The notes under the pieces: model-generated
Seen by the model: the letters and a program-made list of their open reading frames with translations, nothing else
Told to the model about the DNA's origin: nothing
Database searches by the model: none
Program-made: the position numbers and the translations under genes
Assembly (NCBI GenBank): GCA_022710585.1
Contig: JAKLGV010000003.1
Location: forward strand, 67,308-131,307
Length of the DNA: 64,000 nucleotides
Reading direction: 5' to 3'
Source: Deltaproteobacteria bacterium
GTDB lineage: Bacteria; Desulfobacterota; Syntrophia; Syntrophales; Smithellaceae
Part shown: positions 17,797 through 27,228 of the stretch, piece by piece
Layout of the letters: the number at the start of each line of letters is the position of its first letter
How positions within the stretch are numbered: position 1 is the first letter of the stretch

Positions 17797-18549
17797 TCAT
17801 AACTTATCCTTCGATGTCAAGTCGGCATATTTTTTCCGCAGAGATCCTCCTTTCAAATTTATTTTGTGAGCATTGTGTACCAGACGGTCCAGGATAGCAT
17901 CTGCAACCGTCGGGTCGCCGATCTGTTCATGCCAGTGTTCTACGGGCAGCTGACTGGTGACAATCGTCGAACCATGACCGTGCCGTTCTTCGATCACCTC
18001 CAGAAGGTCTCGTCGTTCCGGATCGGTCATGGGAGCAAGCCCCAAGTCGTCAATCACCAGGACATGCGCTTTGGACAGTTGAGATATGGTTTTCCCGTAG
18101 CTTCCGTCACCCCTGGCCAGAGCCATCTGATAAGAGAACTTCGGAGCGCGGATGTAAAGAGCGCGATACCCTTCGCGGCAGGCTTTGTTTGTTAGGGCGC
18201 AGGCAAGATAAGTTTTTCCCACGCCGGTGGGACCGCTGATAATGACATTTTGATGTCGTTTGATCCAATCACAAGAGACGAGCTTCATCATAACGGATTG
18301 ATCAAGCCCCCGAGGTGCTTTGAAGTCGATATCTTCGACGCAGGCGTTGATCTTAAGACGGGCATTTTTTAGATAACGGGCCATCCGGTTATCTTCCTTC
18401 CAGGTCCATTGACTTTCGACAATAAGACCAAAACGATCGGCAAAAGAAAGCTGATCCATATCTGGTTGTTTGAGCTGATCGGAGAAAGCCTGGGCCATCC
18501 CCGCCAGTTTCATGGTGTGGAGCTTATTGATGGTTTGCTGGTTAAGCAT
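17797..18549 (-). CDS. istB: IS21-family transposition helper ATPase IstB
   Basis: Walker A ISGPTGVGKTYLACAL and Walker B LVIDDLG are present. It overlaps the istA stop, which is the typical arrangement. Confidence 0.9.
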   Translation of the reverse strand: MLNQQTINKLHTMKLAGMAQAFSDQLKQPDMDQLSFADRFGLIVESQWTWKEDNRMARYLKNARLKINACVEDIDFKAPRGLDQSVMMKLVSCDWIKRHQNVIISGPTGVGKTYLACALTNKACREGYRALYIRAPKFSYQMALARGDGSYGKTISQLSKAHVLVIDDLGLAPMTDPERRDLLEVIEERHGHGSTIVTSQLPVEHWHEQIGDPTVADAILDRLVHNAHKINLKGGSLRKKYADLTSKDKL

Positions 18550-20131
18550 GGAACACCTCCTGTGTCAGATAGTAATCTTTTCCACGAAGATTCTCATGAA
18601 GGATTGGCTTTTCCACAGTGGCGGGCACCGGTAAATTCTGAGTGTCCAGTTTACTTTTGAGGATCGATTCGACACTTTTGTAACTGTAGGCTTTGATGAT
18701 CAGAGCACGGGCGCAGGCAGCCTCCAGTCGTTCGGGTGAAAACTTCTTGGCCAGTCTCATGATGCCCAGGCAGGAGCGGAAGCCTTGTTCGGGATGGGTT
18801 CTGTTCTCCATGATACAAGTGACCAGGGCCCGGGTTTGAGGACCGTTTTGCCCCGCCCAGTGAACGATCCGGGACGGCGTCCACTCCAGATACTTTTGAT
18901 GGGATTTGGGCATATGTTCCGGGAGGGTGGTATGGCTTCCCCGGTGCATACTTCTGGCATGAACGGCAATCCGTTTGTTCTTGAACAGGATTTCAACGAT
19001 GTTTTGGGTAATCCGGACTTCCACTTGTTCTTTGACCAACTGATAAGGGACACTGTAGTAATGGCCGTCCACATCAATATGATAATCGATATTGACCCGT
19101 GCTTTCTTCCATCTTGCATATTCATATGGGATGGCGGGCAGCGGTTTTGACGCCGGCCGGTCGATGGTTTCAAATAAGGTCTTTCTTGTGGCGTCCATCT
19201 TTTGAAACTTGCGATTGTTCAGCTCGGTAAGCTTTTGAGCAATAGCGGTATTCAGTTCCGTGATACTGAAAAAGGTATGATTGCGCAGCGCTGCCAGAAT
19301 CGACCGCTCCGCAATCAGAACGCCGGATTCTACTTTGGCCTTGTCTTTTGGTTTGGATACTCTTGCCGGAATCACCACCGCCCCATAATGACCGGCCAGC
19401 TCCTGATAGGTGGGGTTGATGTCCGGTTCGTAATAACAGGGTTTGGTGATCCCGGATTTAAGGTTATCCGGCACAAGAATCTCCGGGACGCAACCGAAGA
19501 ATCGAAACGCCTGAACATGGGCATCAATCCACGAGGGAATATCCTGAGAGAAAAACGCCCGCGCAAAGGTATAGTTGCTTGCCCCCCAAACGGCCAGAAA
19601 CAGCCAGGCGTCATGGGTTTTCCCGGTGGCCTGGTCCGTGACCGGGATGGTCTGGCCTGCGTAGTCAATGAAGAGTTTCTCTCCGGCACGGTGGGTCTGA
19701 CGCAGGGAAACGTCTATCTTATCCAACCATTGGTGATAAATAAGACAAAACTGACTGTATTGATAACCGTCGGGGTTGGCTTGCTTATATTCCAGCCACA
19801 ATAACCGGAGTGTGACGCTTTTCCGGGTCAGTTCCTTGCGGATATATTCCGGCGACGGCATGCCGCGTTTGCCTGGCAATGGAACCGTACCGGCAGGATA
19901 AATATGTTGCTCTAAAAGGTTGTCATCCCAATCGGGCGGCAATGGCCAGGTCACTCCGGCTTGTTCGGCACGAAACAAATAATCTCTGACCGTGCTACGG
20001 GCAATGTTGCAGCTTTCGGCAATCTTTTTGTTGGATAACTTCTTTTCTACTTTTAATCGTAAAACTTCTCTAATCGTTCGCATGGATAACCTTTCCGCCG
20101 CCATAACTGCCTCCGTTTTTGTGTCCGGCAT
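18542..20131 (-). CDS. istA: IS21-family transposase IstA
   Basis: It has an N-terminal HTH (IAESCNIARSTVRDYL) and a DDE core (LFIDYAG...). Its length and its pairing with IstB fit the family. The true start may be an internal Met. Confidence 0.9.
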   Translation of the reverse strand: MPDTKTEAVMAAERLSMRTIREVLRLKVEKKLSNKKIAESCNIARSTVRDYLFRAEQAGVTWPLPPDWDDNLLEQHIYPAGTVPLPGKRGMPSPEYIRKELTRKSVTLRLLWLEYKQANPDGYQYSQFCLIYHQWLDKIDVSLRQTHRAGEKLFIDYAGQTIPVTDQATGKTHDAWLFLAVWGASNYTFARAFFSQDIPSWIDAHVQAFRFFGCVPEILVPDNLKSGITKPCYYEPDINPTYQELAGHYGAVVIPARVSKPKDKAKVESGVLIAERSILAALRNHTFFSITELNTAIAQKLTELNNRKFQKMDATRKTLFETIDRPASKPLPAIPYEYARWKKARVNIDYHIDVDGHYYSVPYQLVKEQVEVRITQNIVEILFKNKRIAVHARSMHRGSHTTLPEHMPKSHQKYLEWTPSRIVHWAGQNGPQTRALVTCIMENRTHPEQGFRSCLGIMRLAKKFSPERLEAACARALIIKAYSYKSVESILKSKLDTQNLPVPATVEKPILHENLRGKDYYLTQEVFHA

Positions 20132-20396
20132 GTAGCGGCTTTCTGTGGGTTTATCCAGCGTCCTTTATGCTCCTCCCGAGGGGTGGCGCAATGGATCGGA
20201 ATCAGGTGGCGACTTCCCCCGGAATGGGGTGGCGACTTAAATCGGAATCAGGTGGCGGAATGAATCAGAATCGAGTGGCGATTTGCGTCGGAATACGCAA
20301 AAGACGCAAAGCATTATTGAAAAAAAGAAAAAATGGCTCGCAGATTATTATTCAGCAAGAAAACTTTGTAGTTGAAATATATTTCTTTAAGATAAC

Positions 20397-20436
20397 AAAA
20401 AACCCCCTCAAGTCGTCCAGACCTTGAAGGGGTTTT
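20397..20436 (-). terminator. putative rho-independent terminator downstream of the small membrane-protein gene
   Basis: AAAAACCCCCTCAAG-N10-CTTGAAGGGGTTTT forms a GC-rich imperfect stem (one bulge). It is flanked by an A-run and a T-run, so it could work in both directions. Confidence 0.45.
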
Positions 20437-20511
20437 CCCTGCGTTAACAGATCATGTTATATTTAGAGGAGCTTAAGCGTCCTTATTTTTATGATCTTGT
20501 TACGATACTTC

Positions 20512-20787
20512 TTAGCTGACAATAACTTTTACTGCGTTAATAACCGGGTTGGTGAACAGGGCCATCAGGACGGCATAAAGAGCGAACACACCAACCACCT
20601 CGCCGACATACATCTTTTCATATTTACGTTTCAGGGAAACCATGATCAATCCACCAAGGATTAAGCATCCTAGTTGGAAGAAGGGGAAATTGGTTACTCC
20701 CGCTGCCGCATATTCAGCAAAGCTGAAAGTTGCCGTAATCATAATAACTGCTGCCGCTACTATCATTGTTCCTAATGTCTTTTTCAT
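20512..20787 (-). CDS. small integral membrane protein
   Basis: It is 91 aa with three hydrophobic segments. GGAGG lies upstream of the ATG (reverse complement of ..cctcctag at about 20795). Confidence 0.5.
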   Translation of the reverse strand: MKKTLGTMIVAAAVIMITATFSFAEYAAAGVTNFPFFQLGCLILGGLIMVSLKRKYEKMYVGEVVGVFALYAVLMALFTNPVINAVKVIVS

Positions 20788-21064
20788 GATCTGTTACCTC
20801 CTAGAGGGTTATTTGTTTATTTGCCTTTATACTAATGAAAATACCATGCCAACTTTTCAAAGTAAACCAAATAAGATTGTAAGGTATTGATATTTGTTAT
20901 GAATTGGCAATAAAGATGACTTGCAATAATTATCTCATATGCCCTCTTTCTTCTATTTGTTTCAATGAAATGTTTAAATGATTGAACGATGTGTTGAAAT
21001 AGTATGGAGACCGACCGGATGGACTTGAATGATAATTATTGAGGGAATTTATACTCCCTTTTGA

Positions 21065-21475
21065 TTATGAATATGGTGGTTTGGGCATGGGTAAATTAAA
21101 CTTATTAAGGTAACTATGATATTCTCCCTGCGTTAAGATATTTCGTTCCAATCTTTTTGACCTTGTATCCGATGACAGATGCCTCCTCACTCGTCTTTCC
21201 GCACTTTTTAGGTCTTTATAATAGCGACGTTCAACAAGTATGCTCGCGATCATTTCAGGCGGGACTTCATACTTGATACAACTGTCAATAACGTGTACCT
21301 GATCCCGCCAAACTATTTTCCGCATTATATCTTCTTTGCACGGTTCGCCATTTTTGGCAGGTGATGTTTCATGTTTCATATTTTTCATCTTCAGTTGTAA
21401 GATTTTTTCCGATGATTCTTTGAGTGATTTAAATATAAGGAACTCGTCTTCATAAGTCAAACAAATATTCATCAT
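21065..21475 (-). CDS. hypothetical protein
   Basis: It is a 136-aa AT-rich ORF, divergent from 21648..22451. No motif recognised. Confidence 0.4.
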   Translation of the reverse strand: MMNICLTYEDEFLIFKSLKESSEKILQLKMKNMKHETSPAKNGEPCKEDIMRKIVWRDQVHVIDSCIKYEVPPEMIASILVERRYYKDLKSAERRVRRHLSSDTRSKRLERNILTQGEYHSYLNKFNLPMPKPPYS

Positions 21476-21647
21476 AAAATATACTTTACTCTCTGTTCAA
21501 AATAAAATATTTAAACTCAATACAAAATCATCTCTTATCTTTCTGGACAGGAAAGGCATCATCAGCAAACAGGAACTGCTGAATGAGATGAGAAGAGTCA
21601 ATGCAATGAGGAATAAATCTTCAAAAGAATAAATAAGGAAGTCATTT

Positions 21648-22451
21648 ATGTCAAAAAAAAATAATATCTCTGAAAAAGAGGTTTATCGACTTTGGATTGA
21701 ATATTTGAAAAGAAGTGAAAAATATAAAACTTACTGCAAACTTTTCCGTGAAGTATTTAAAATGGAAAATCAAAAGAGAAAGACTTCTGCCAAGTCAGCC
21801 GCGTTGGACAAATTGATTAAAACTGAAGTTTCCTTAAAATTAAATGAACTAGATTTTGATTACATGCAACGTTACTACGATTTTTTCGGAGATATATTTA
21901 TCGGATCGTTTGATGATTGGTGGAAGACGCATAAAATATCGAAGAGAACACTTCCGGTAATTGTTTTAAATGATCCTAACGCCTGCAAAGTTCTGCCCTT
22001 TTTTGCAAAAGAGTTTAAAAAGCTACAAAAAACAAAAAAGAAACATTTGACTCCTAAAGAGACACTGAAAATCCTCACAGAAAGCGAATTTGAATTTATT
22101 TTTCTCGCAGTGCCTATGATCGGTGGAGTAACAATGGATGACATTTCTAAACAAATTGCTGATATCCGAAAAAAATGGGCAAAGGAATTTGAAGTTGAGG
22201 ATTTTTATTTTAGAAGATTCAATATGCCGGTTAGCCGAGTTCGCTACGATGAGATGAAAAGATATCTGCAAGTATATGATTATTGGAAAGACGGCATGAA
22301 AATAAAAGAGATCATTGCTAAGATAAATCCAAATCGAGATGCCAAAGATGCAGACGTGATAAGATCGTGCCGTATGGATCTGCAGAAAGCAAAAAAAATC
22401 ATTTACAATGTGGAAGCCGGTTCTTTTCCAGGGGAACCTCAATTCAGATAA
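21648..22451 (+). CDS. hypothetical protein
   Basis: It is a 267-aa basic protein. The N-terminal YRLWIEYLKRSEKYKTYC hints at MGE regulator families, but I cannot assign it. Confidence 0.5.
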   Translation: MSKKNNISEKEVYRLWIEYLKRSEKYKTYCKLFREVFKMENQKRKTSAKSAALDKLIKTEVSLKLNELDFDYMQRYYDFFGDIFIGSFDDWWKTHKISKRTLPVIVLNDPNACKVLPFFAKEFKKLQKTKKKHLTPKETLKILTESEFEFIFLAVPMIGGVTMDDISKQIADIRKKWAKEFEVEDFYFRRFNMPVSRVRYDEMKRYLQVYDYWKDGMKIKEIIAKINPNRDAKDADVIRSCRMDLQKAKKIIYNVEAGSFPGEPQFR

Positions 22452-22563
22452 ATAAGAACCGGGTTTTTATTTATCACGGAAAGCGAAGGTCGGGGGATTT
22501 CTCTCACCTGGCGCTTTTTTTTATTTTCCTTATACTTGCCTCAAATTTAAACACAAGGAGGCG

Positions 22564-22830
22564 ATGATCATGAATACAACCAATCACGCAAAAATCAGGC
22601 AACAGCAAAGGGGAATATCTAATGTAGCGTTAGATATTATAGAGCGTAACGGGAGATGTGAAAAAGCACCTGGCGGAGCAATAAAGATATTCTTTGGTCT
22701 TAAAGAATATCAAAAGACTATTAAAGACCTAAAAAGAACAATTCAGATGCTAGATAAAGTTAAAGGCGGCACGATAATAATAAATGAGGATGAAATTATT
22801 ACAGTTTACAAAAACGCACATATTAATTGA
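22564..22830 (+). CDS. DUF4258-like small protein (possible toxin)
   Basis: NHAKIRQQQRGISNVALDIIERNG resembles the H...R...RgI opening of DUF4258. It is 88 aa and is followed 6 nt later by a 78-aa ORF. Confidence 0.4.
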   Translation: MIMNTTNHAKIRQQQRGISNVALDIIERNGRCEKAPGGAIKIFFGLKEYQKTIKDLKRTIQMLDKVKGGTIIINEDEIITVYKNAHIN

Positions 22831-22836
22831 AAGGAT

Positions 22837-23073
22837 GTGAATTCAATGAATATTAAAATATTAAGTGAGGAATATATAAAACAACGATTAGCGGAAACAG
22901 TAATAAAAATAAATCGTGTGAAACGAATTAAAACTTCTGAGCGGGAGATTCAATTAGCTGAAGCGGAAAGAGCTGTATGGAAAAGAGTATTGCATCATGT
23001 CAGGAATGGCGAAATGATGACCATTGATGATGATGACAGAATAGAATGGCATGTAAATGCTCCAAGTGCGTAG
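22837..23073 (+). CDS. small hypothetical protein (possible antitoxin partner)
   Basis: It is a 78-aa ORF immediately downstream of the DUF4258-like gene. It could start at the GTG at 22837 or the ATG at 22846. Confidence 0.35.
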   Translation: MNSMNIKILSEEYIKQRLAETVIKINRVKRIKTSEREIQLAEAERAVWKRVLHHVRNGEMMTIDDDDRIEWHVNAPSA

Positions 23074-23115
23074 TTTTTTTTAATTTATAATACAGTTCAA
23101 CAGGGAGGTATAAAC

Positions 23116-23799
23116 ATGATTGAGAAAAAAATATTTTATGTTTACCAGTATATGGATAAGAATAAAAAAAAGCCGTTTTATGTCGGAAAAGGAACCGGTG
23201 ATAGAAAACATGCCCATATGAGAGAGGCGCGGAAAGGTGTGAATCGTATCCTGTGTGATAAAATCAGAAAGCTTGAATTTGAAAAAGGTGTTAAAATAGT
23301 CGTAATTGAAGACAATATTACAGAGTGGGAAGCTTTTCAGAAGGAAAGCAGACTAATTGAAAATATTGGTCGCCTTGATTTAGGAACAGGACCACTTTTA
23401 AATCAGTCATTTGGTGGCGAAGGCATTTCTGGCGGCATTGATATATATGGTTACCGGAAACAGGGCATAGCAAGGAAAATTACAGACATGGTGCACAATG
23501 GTATGCTTATTCAGGATATGCCGAAGGAAATCAGAAAATTTGTGATTGAAAATGAAATGAAAGTTAAGTGGGTTGAAAGTAGGATCATCCCACATATTCA
23601 GGAAATGGGGAATGTGGGATATCATTACAAAGGACCCAAAAAACTGTTACTTGGATGGCAATTTTCCTTAGACCGAAAAATGATAGACGTTAATACATTG
23701 ATTTTGGAAACAAAGGGACTTTTAAAAGTACATGGCGATTTACCACTTAATAAAGGATTTGTCTCAGTTGCACCAAAGAATTATAATTTTGGATATTGA
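23116..23799 (+). CDS. GIY-YIG-domain protein
   Basis: The N-terminal FYVYQYMDKNKKKPFYVGKGTGDRKHAH, plus the later E...N, fits GIY-YIG (a GIY -> FYVY variant, with YVGKG). GGGAGG lies upstream. Confidence 0.55.
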   Translation: MIEKKIFYVYQYMDKNKKKPFYVGKGTGDRKHAHMREARKGVNRILCDKIRKLEFEKGVKIVVIEDNITEWEAFQKESRLIENIGRLDLGTGPLLNQSFGGEGISGGIDIYGYRKQGIARKITDMVHNGMLIQDMPKEIRKFVIENEMKVKWVESRIIPHIQEMGNVGYHYKGPKKLLLGWQFSLDRKMIDVNTLILETKGLLKVHGDLPLNKGFVSVAPKNYNFGY

Positions 23800-23844
23800 T
23801 TTTTAAAATATCAATCATAAACTAATAGCCGTGAGATTTATATT

Positions 23845-24099
23845 ATGACCCCCATAGAATCCATCTATGAAATACGGTCAGATGTCCTTTATCTTCAGCG
23901 GTATCTCTATGAAAAGAAACCTGTCGTTTATCATAGAGCATATGAGAGATATGAAAAGCTGGTGGACAGGTTTTTCAAGGAAAGTGTCAATGTATTTGAA
24001 CCGGAGAAACGCAGGATACTGCGGATCGAATGCCTGGATGACTCAAATTATTTTTTAAATCTGCTGGAAACGACGGTGGAATATTATCAGGTGAATTAA
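23845..24099 (+). CDS. hypothetical protein
   Basis: It is an 84-aa ORF with no recognised motif. Confidence 0.35.
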   Translation: MTPIESIYEIRSDVLYLQRYLYEKKPVVYHRAYERYEKLVDRFFKESVNVFEPEKRRILRIECLDDSNYFLNLLETTVEYYQVN

Positions 24100-24161
24100 G
24101 GAGAAAAACCGTTTTGTCCAAAAAACAAACATATCTCATATAATCAAGCACTTGACTCCTA

Positions 24162-24190
24162 TTGACATCAGGAAATATTTGCTGTATATA
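24162..24190 (+). promoter_or_regulatory. putative sigma-70 promoter for the alpha-CTD/DUF4139 operon
   Basis: TTGACA (24162-24167), a 17-nt spacer, then TATATA (24185-24190). This would give a leader of about 225 nt before the ATG at 24419. Confidence 0.45.
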
Positions 24191-24418
24191 ACTTTCCAAC
24201 AAAGGTTGAATTAACCTTTTACCTTGAATTTTTCGCCGCATCTCACCGGCTATCATATACATCCAACGCCGGAAATTTATCTTAAGTACCCAATATTGCG
24301 TTTAAAAATGCTCATTCAAGCATTGGTGGTGAAGTTTGCAATCCATCATGGGGGTTATTTTGCCTGATGGAATTTTACGGTAAATTATTAATATTTAAAA
24401 GTAATTTAAGGAGGAGCG

Positions 24419-25024
24419 ATGGAAACACCAAGGATAATTTACGGCGGTTATGAACGAACGGCTTCCGGGATGGTCTATGTCGGAAAATTGTCAGAGCAGA
24501 CAAGAATGAATCGTGTCAACAAACTAAAAAGTTTTCTCTTAAGTCTTATTGAGGAAGAGGTTGAACTTTCCTTCCGTACACAAAATTGCCTGAATAATGC
24601 AGGAATCAAGTTGGTCGGTCAACTGGTGCAGATGTCTGCTTCTGAACTTCTTCATCTGAAAAACTTTGGACGGACATCACTGCACGACATCGAACAGGAT
24701 TTAGTGAAAAAAGGTTTGACCCTGGATATGAGACTTAATTTTTTTCCGTGGAATGGAACGGACGAAGGCAATGAATTGATCCAGATTCTTTTCTTACAGA
24801 AACCTGGTGGTGGTTTTTATATAGAAAAAAGAACTGCCGAGGGTCTGGACACTGATTTGAGGAAATTAAATCAGACCGTGAACAAAAAGCAGCAATCGCT
24901 TTTGGACACACAGTATCTTCTGGAAATGTTGGAGTCAAAGTTTCAGAAAGACGCACCTTATCTGCCAAACTTGATCAAGCGGCACCGTCAGTGGATGGAG
25001 AGGGAAGGAAATAATATCCGTTAA
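24419..25024 (+). CDS. free-standing RNA polymerase alpha-subunit C-terminal-domain (alpha-CTD) homologue with ~100-aa C-terminal extension
   Basis: LSFRTQNCLNNAGIKLVGQLVQMSASELLHLKNFGRTSLHDIEQDLVKKGLTLDMRLNFFPW aligns by eye with E. coli RpoA L.VRSANCLK...IGDLV...ELL...NLGKKSL.EIK..L...GLSLGMRLENWPP. The Arg equivalent to R265 is included. Confidence 0.75.
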   Translation: METPRIIYGGYERTASGMVYVGKLSEQTRMNRVNKLKSFLLSLIEEEVELSFRTQNCLNNAGIKLVGQLVQMSASELLHLKNFGRTSLHDIEQDLVKKGLTLDMRLNFFPWNGTDEGNELIQILFLQKPGGGFYIEKRTAEGLDTDLRKLNQTVNKKQQSLLDTQYLLEMLESKFQKDAPYLPNLIKRHRQWMEREGNNIR

Positions 25025-25050
25025 TATCAAACTTAAAATACAGGGAGGAA

Positions 25051-26430
25051 ATGAAAATGAAACAACAGACACAAGGCATATACGAATCCACATTCCAGCA
25101 GCAGACTGCAATGGAAGTAACTGTTTACAATAACAACAGAGGGCTTGTTAAGGATCAGCGGCAAATCAAATTACCTAAGGGATTGATAGAACTTCGCTTT
25201 ATGGATATTGCAGCGAACATAGAAGTGTCTTCAATACATCTCCACTCAATTACAACACCGGATAAATTATCAATATTGGAGCAGAATTGCGAATATGAAT
25301 ATATTGAACCAGATAAACTTCTGGCCAAATATATCGGAAAGGAAGTCAGCATCTATAGAAGAAATCATTTAAAAGACCAGGTGGAGTTAATGACAGCGAC
25401 AATTCTATACAGCGGCCAGGATAACATTATATATCAAAGCGGTGATGAAATTATTATGAGTCTTCCATCACAAATTATTTTCCCAAAAGTTTCGGAGACG
25501 ATAAAGACAAAGCCTACCATTACATGGCTTATTTATAATGACAATCCATCTCTGCAAACAATTGAAACCGTCTATATTGCAAGAGGCCTTAACTGGAATG
25601 CTGATTATCGTATTGTGCTGAATCAGGAAGACAGCAAAGCTGATATTTTTGCATGGGCAGACATAGAAAATGGCAGCCGTCTGGATTACAGTGGCACAAC
25701 CATTAAGCTCGTGGCCGGCGATGTCAATCACCTCCCTTATTATGATGATACGGCGGGAGCTGAGTATTCCCTTGGTCATAAACCGATCTCGTTCAAGGGA
25801 AAGTCTTTCGCTGATAATCATATCTATTCCATGGATAGACACACAACACTAAAGAATGGTCAAACAAAGCAGATAGGTTTACTACAAGCCAATGACGTCA
25901 AAATAAAAAAAGAATATCGTCTTTCCAGTCCTGAATTAACGGATCAAATCGCCTACGGAAGCATTTTGGCCCGTTCATCAGATGATGTAACCATTTATTT
26001 AACAATAGACAATAAGAAGAGTCACGGTTTAGGCATACCTTTGCCGGAGGGGAATGTTCATGTGTTCAAACGTGACAATAATGACAGCCTTCAGTTTATT
26101 GGCGCCGATACAATTGGTCATATCCCTGAAAATGAAACAGCATCTATCAAACTTGGCGCTGCTTTTGACATCAGAGCAACAAGAACTCAAAAAGACTTTC
26201 AGCAGATTTCCCAAAATATCCATGAAATTACTTATGAGATTAATATTCGTAACCATAAAAAAGAAGATGTAACCGTCAGGATTTTGGAAAATATTGCCAG
26301 CAACTGGATAATCCTTGAATCCTCACATAAGCTAAAGAGAATTGACTCTCGCTGGGTTGAGTGTCCTTTTCATGTAAAAAGTGGTAAAGAAATGACTCTG
26401 ACCTATAAGGTGAGAACAGGAGAAGAATAG
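25051..26430 (+). CDS. DUF4139 (MuiA-like, with DUF4140-type N-terminus) protein
   Basis: It is 459 aa and beta-rich. The opening VTVYNNNRGLVKDQRQIKLPKGLIELRFMDIAANIEVSSIHL matches the remembered family pattern. It starts 26 nt after the alpha-CTD gene. Confidence 0.55.
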   Translation: MKMKQQTQGIYESTFQQQTAMEVTVYNNNRGLVKDQRQIKLPKGLIELRFMDIAANIEVSSIHLHSITTPDKLSILEQNCEYEYIEPDKLLAKYIGKEVSIYRRNHLKDQVELMTATILYSGQDNIIYQSGDEIIMSLPSQIIFPKVSETIKTKPTITWLIYNDNPSLQTIETVYIARGLNWNADYRIVLNQEDSKADIFAWADIENGSRLDYSGTTIKLVAGDVNHLPYYDDTAGAEYSLGHKPISFKGKSFADNHIYSMDRHTTLKNGQTKQIGLLQANDVKIKKEYRLSSPELTDQIAYGSILARSSDDVTIYLTIDNKKSHGLGIPLPEGNVHVFKRDNNDSLQFIGADTIGHIPENETASIKLGAAFDIRATRTQKDFQQISQNIHEITYEINIRNHKKEDVTVRILENIASNWIILESSHKLKRIDSRWVECPFHVKSGKEMTLTYKVRTGEE

Positions 26431-26434
26431 AAAT

Positions 26435-27190
26435 ATGGAAGACACAATAGCATTGCTCAAAGCAATATCTTATATCGTTTGGCCGATTTGTTTACTCTTG
26501 ATTGTTTTTATGTTCAGAAAAGAAATACGAACGGTGCTTCTTAGTTTTGTTCAAAAAAAGGCAAATGAGAACAAACCCCTTGTTGACAGGCCGTCAGACA
26601 CTCCAAAACCGGTGGCCGAGCCAGAAGAACCCGACGAACCACGGGATCACCAACCGTCGGTTACATTGCCTCCCGAGGATCAGATGTCAGTTAAGGTATG
26701 CAAAAATAACTCAGGGGATTATTTTGTCGTACTAGACGACGAAGAAAACGATGAAAAAATTTACTGTATTACACCACAAGGTATACCAAAATGGATAGAA
26801 AAACGAATACTTCAAACAATTGAATATGTCAATGTTGATATGCTCGGAGAAGAACAATTAAATAAATTCTATAATTTCATTGAAAACGCCGAACCAGATG
26901 CAGCAGAAGTCGGAATAATCAGAAAGCCTCTTATTGTATATTATTTGCCAAGTTATATGAGAATGGTAAATAATTTAAATACATTGCCAGCAAAAATGTT
27001 GGCATATATTAAAAGCAAAGGAAGAGTAACTTGGCGTGAAGTCAAACAATATCTTCATGACACATATGGGTATTCGCGTACATCAGGTTCAATGGGGGCG
27101 TCTTTGAAGGCGTTGGAAACATTGGGGCTTGTGACAATCAATGGCCAAGGTGATGATAAAATCATTACTTACGTTGTTCCGAAGAGATAA
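26435..27190 (+). CDS. membrane-anchored protein with a probable C-terminal winged-helix domain
   Basis: It has an N-terminal TM helix (ISYIVWPICLLLIVFMF), a P/E-rich linker, and a C-terminal LAYIKSKGRVTWREVKQYL...LKALETLGLV. It starts 4 nt after the DUF4139 stop. Confidence 0.5.
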   Translation: MEDTIALLKAISYIVWPICLLLIVFMFRKEIRTVLLSFVQKKANENKPLVDRPSDTPKPVAEPEEPDEPRDHQPSVTLPPEDQMSVKVCKNNSGDYFVVLDDEENDEKIYCITPQGIPKWIEKRILQTIEYVNVDMLGEEQLNKFYNFIENAEPDAAEVGIIRKPLIVYYLPSYMRMVNNLNTLPAKMLAYIKSKGRVTWREVKQYLHDTYGYSRTSGSMGASLKALETLGLVTINGQGDDKIITYVVPKR

Positions 27191-27228
27191 AATTGCGATA
27201 AGACTTTAAAATAATATTGGAGTAAACA

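Larger units (their letters stand above)
17662..20299 (-). mobile_element. IS21-family insertion sequence (istA-istB) with multi-repeat termini
   Basis: The imperfect terminal inverted repeats are TGCCTATTCCGCTGATTTCGCC (left, from 17662) and TGCGTATTCCGACGCAAATCGCC (reverse complement of the right end, ending 20299). Reiterated TCGCCAC(C) sub-terminal motifs occur at 17680-17760 and 20180-20285, as in IS21 ends. The element is about 2.64 kb. Confidence 0.85.
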
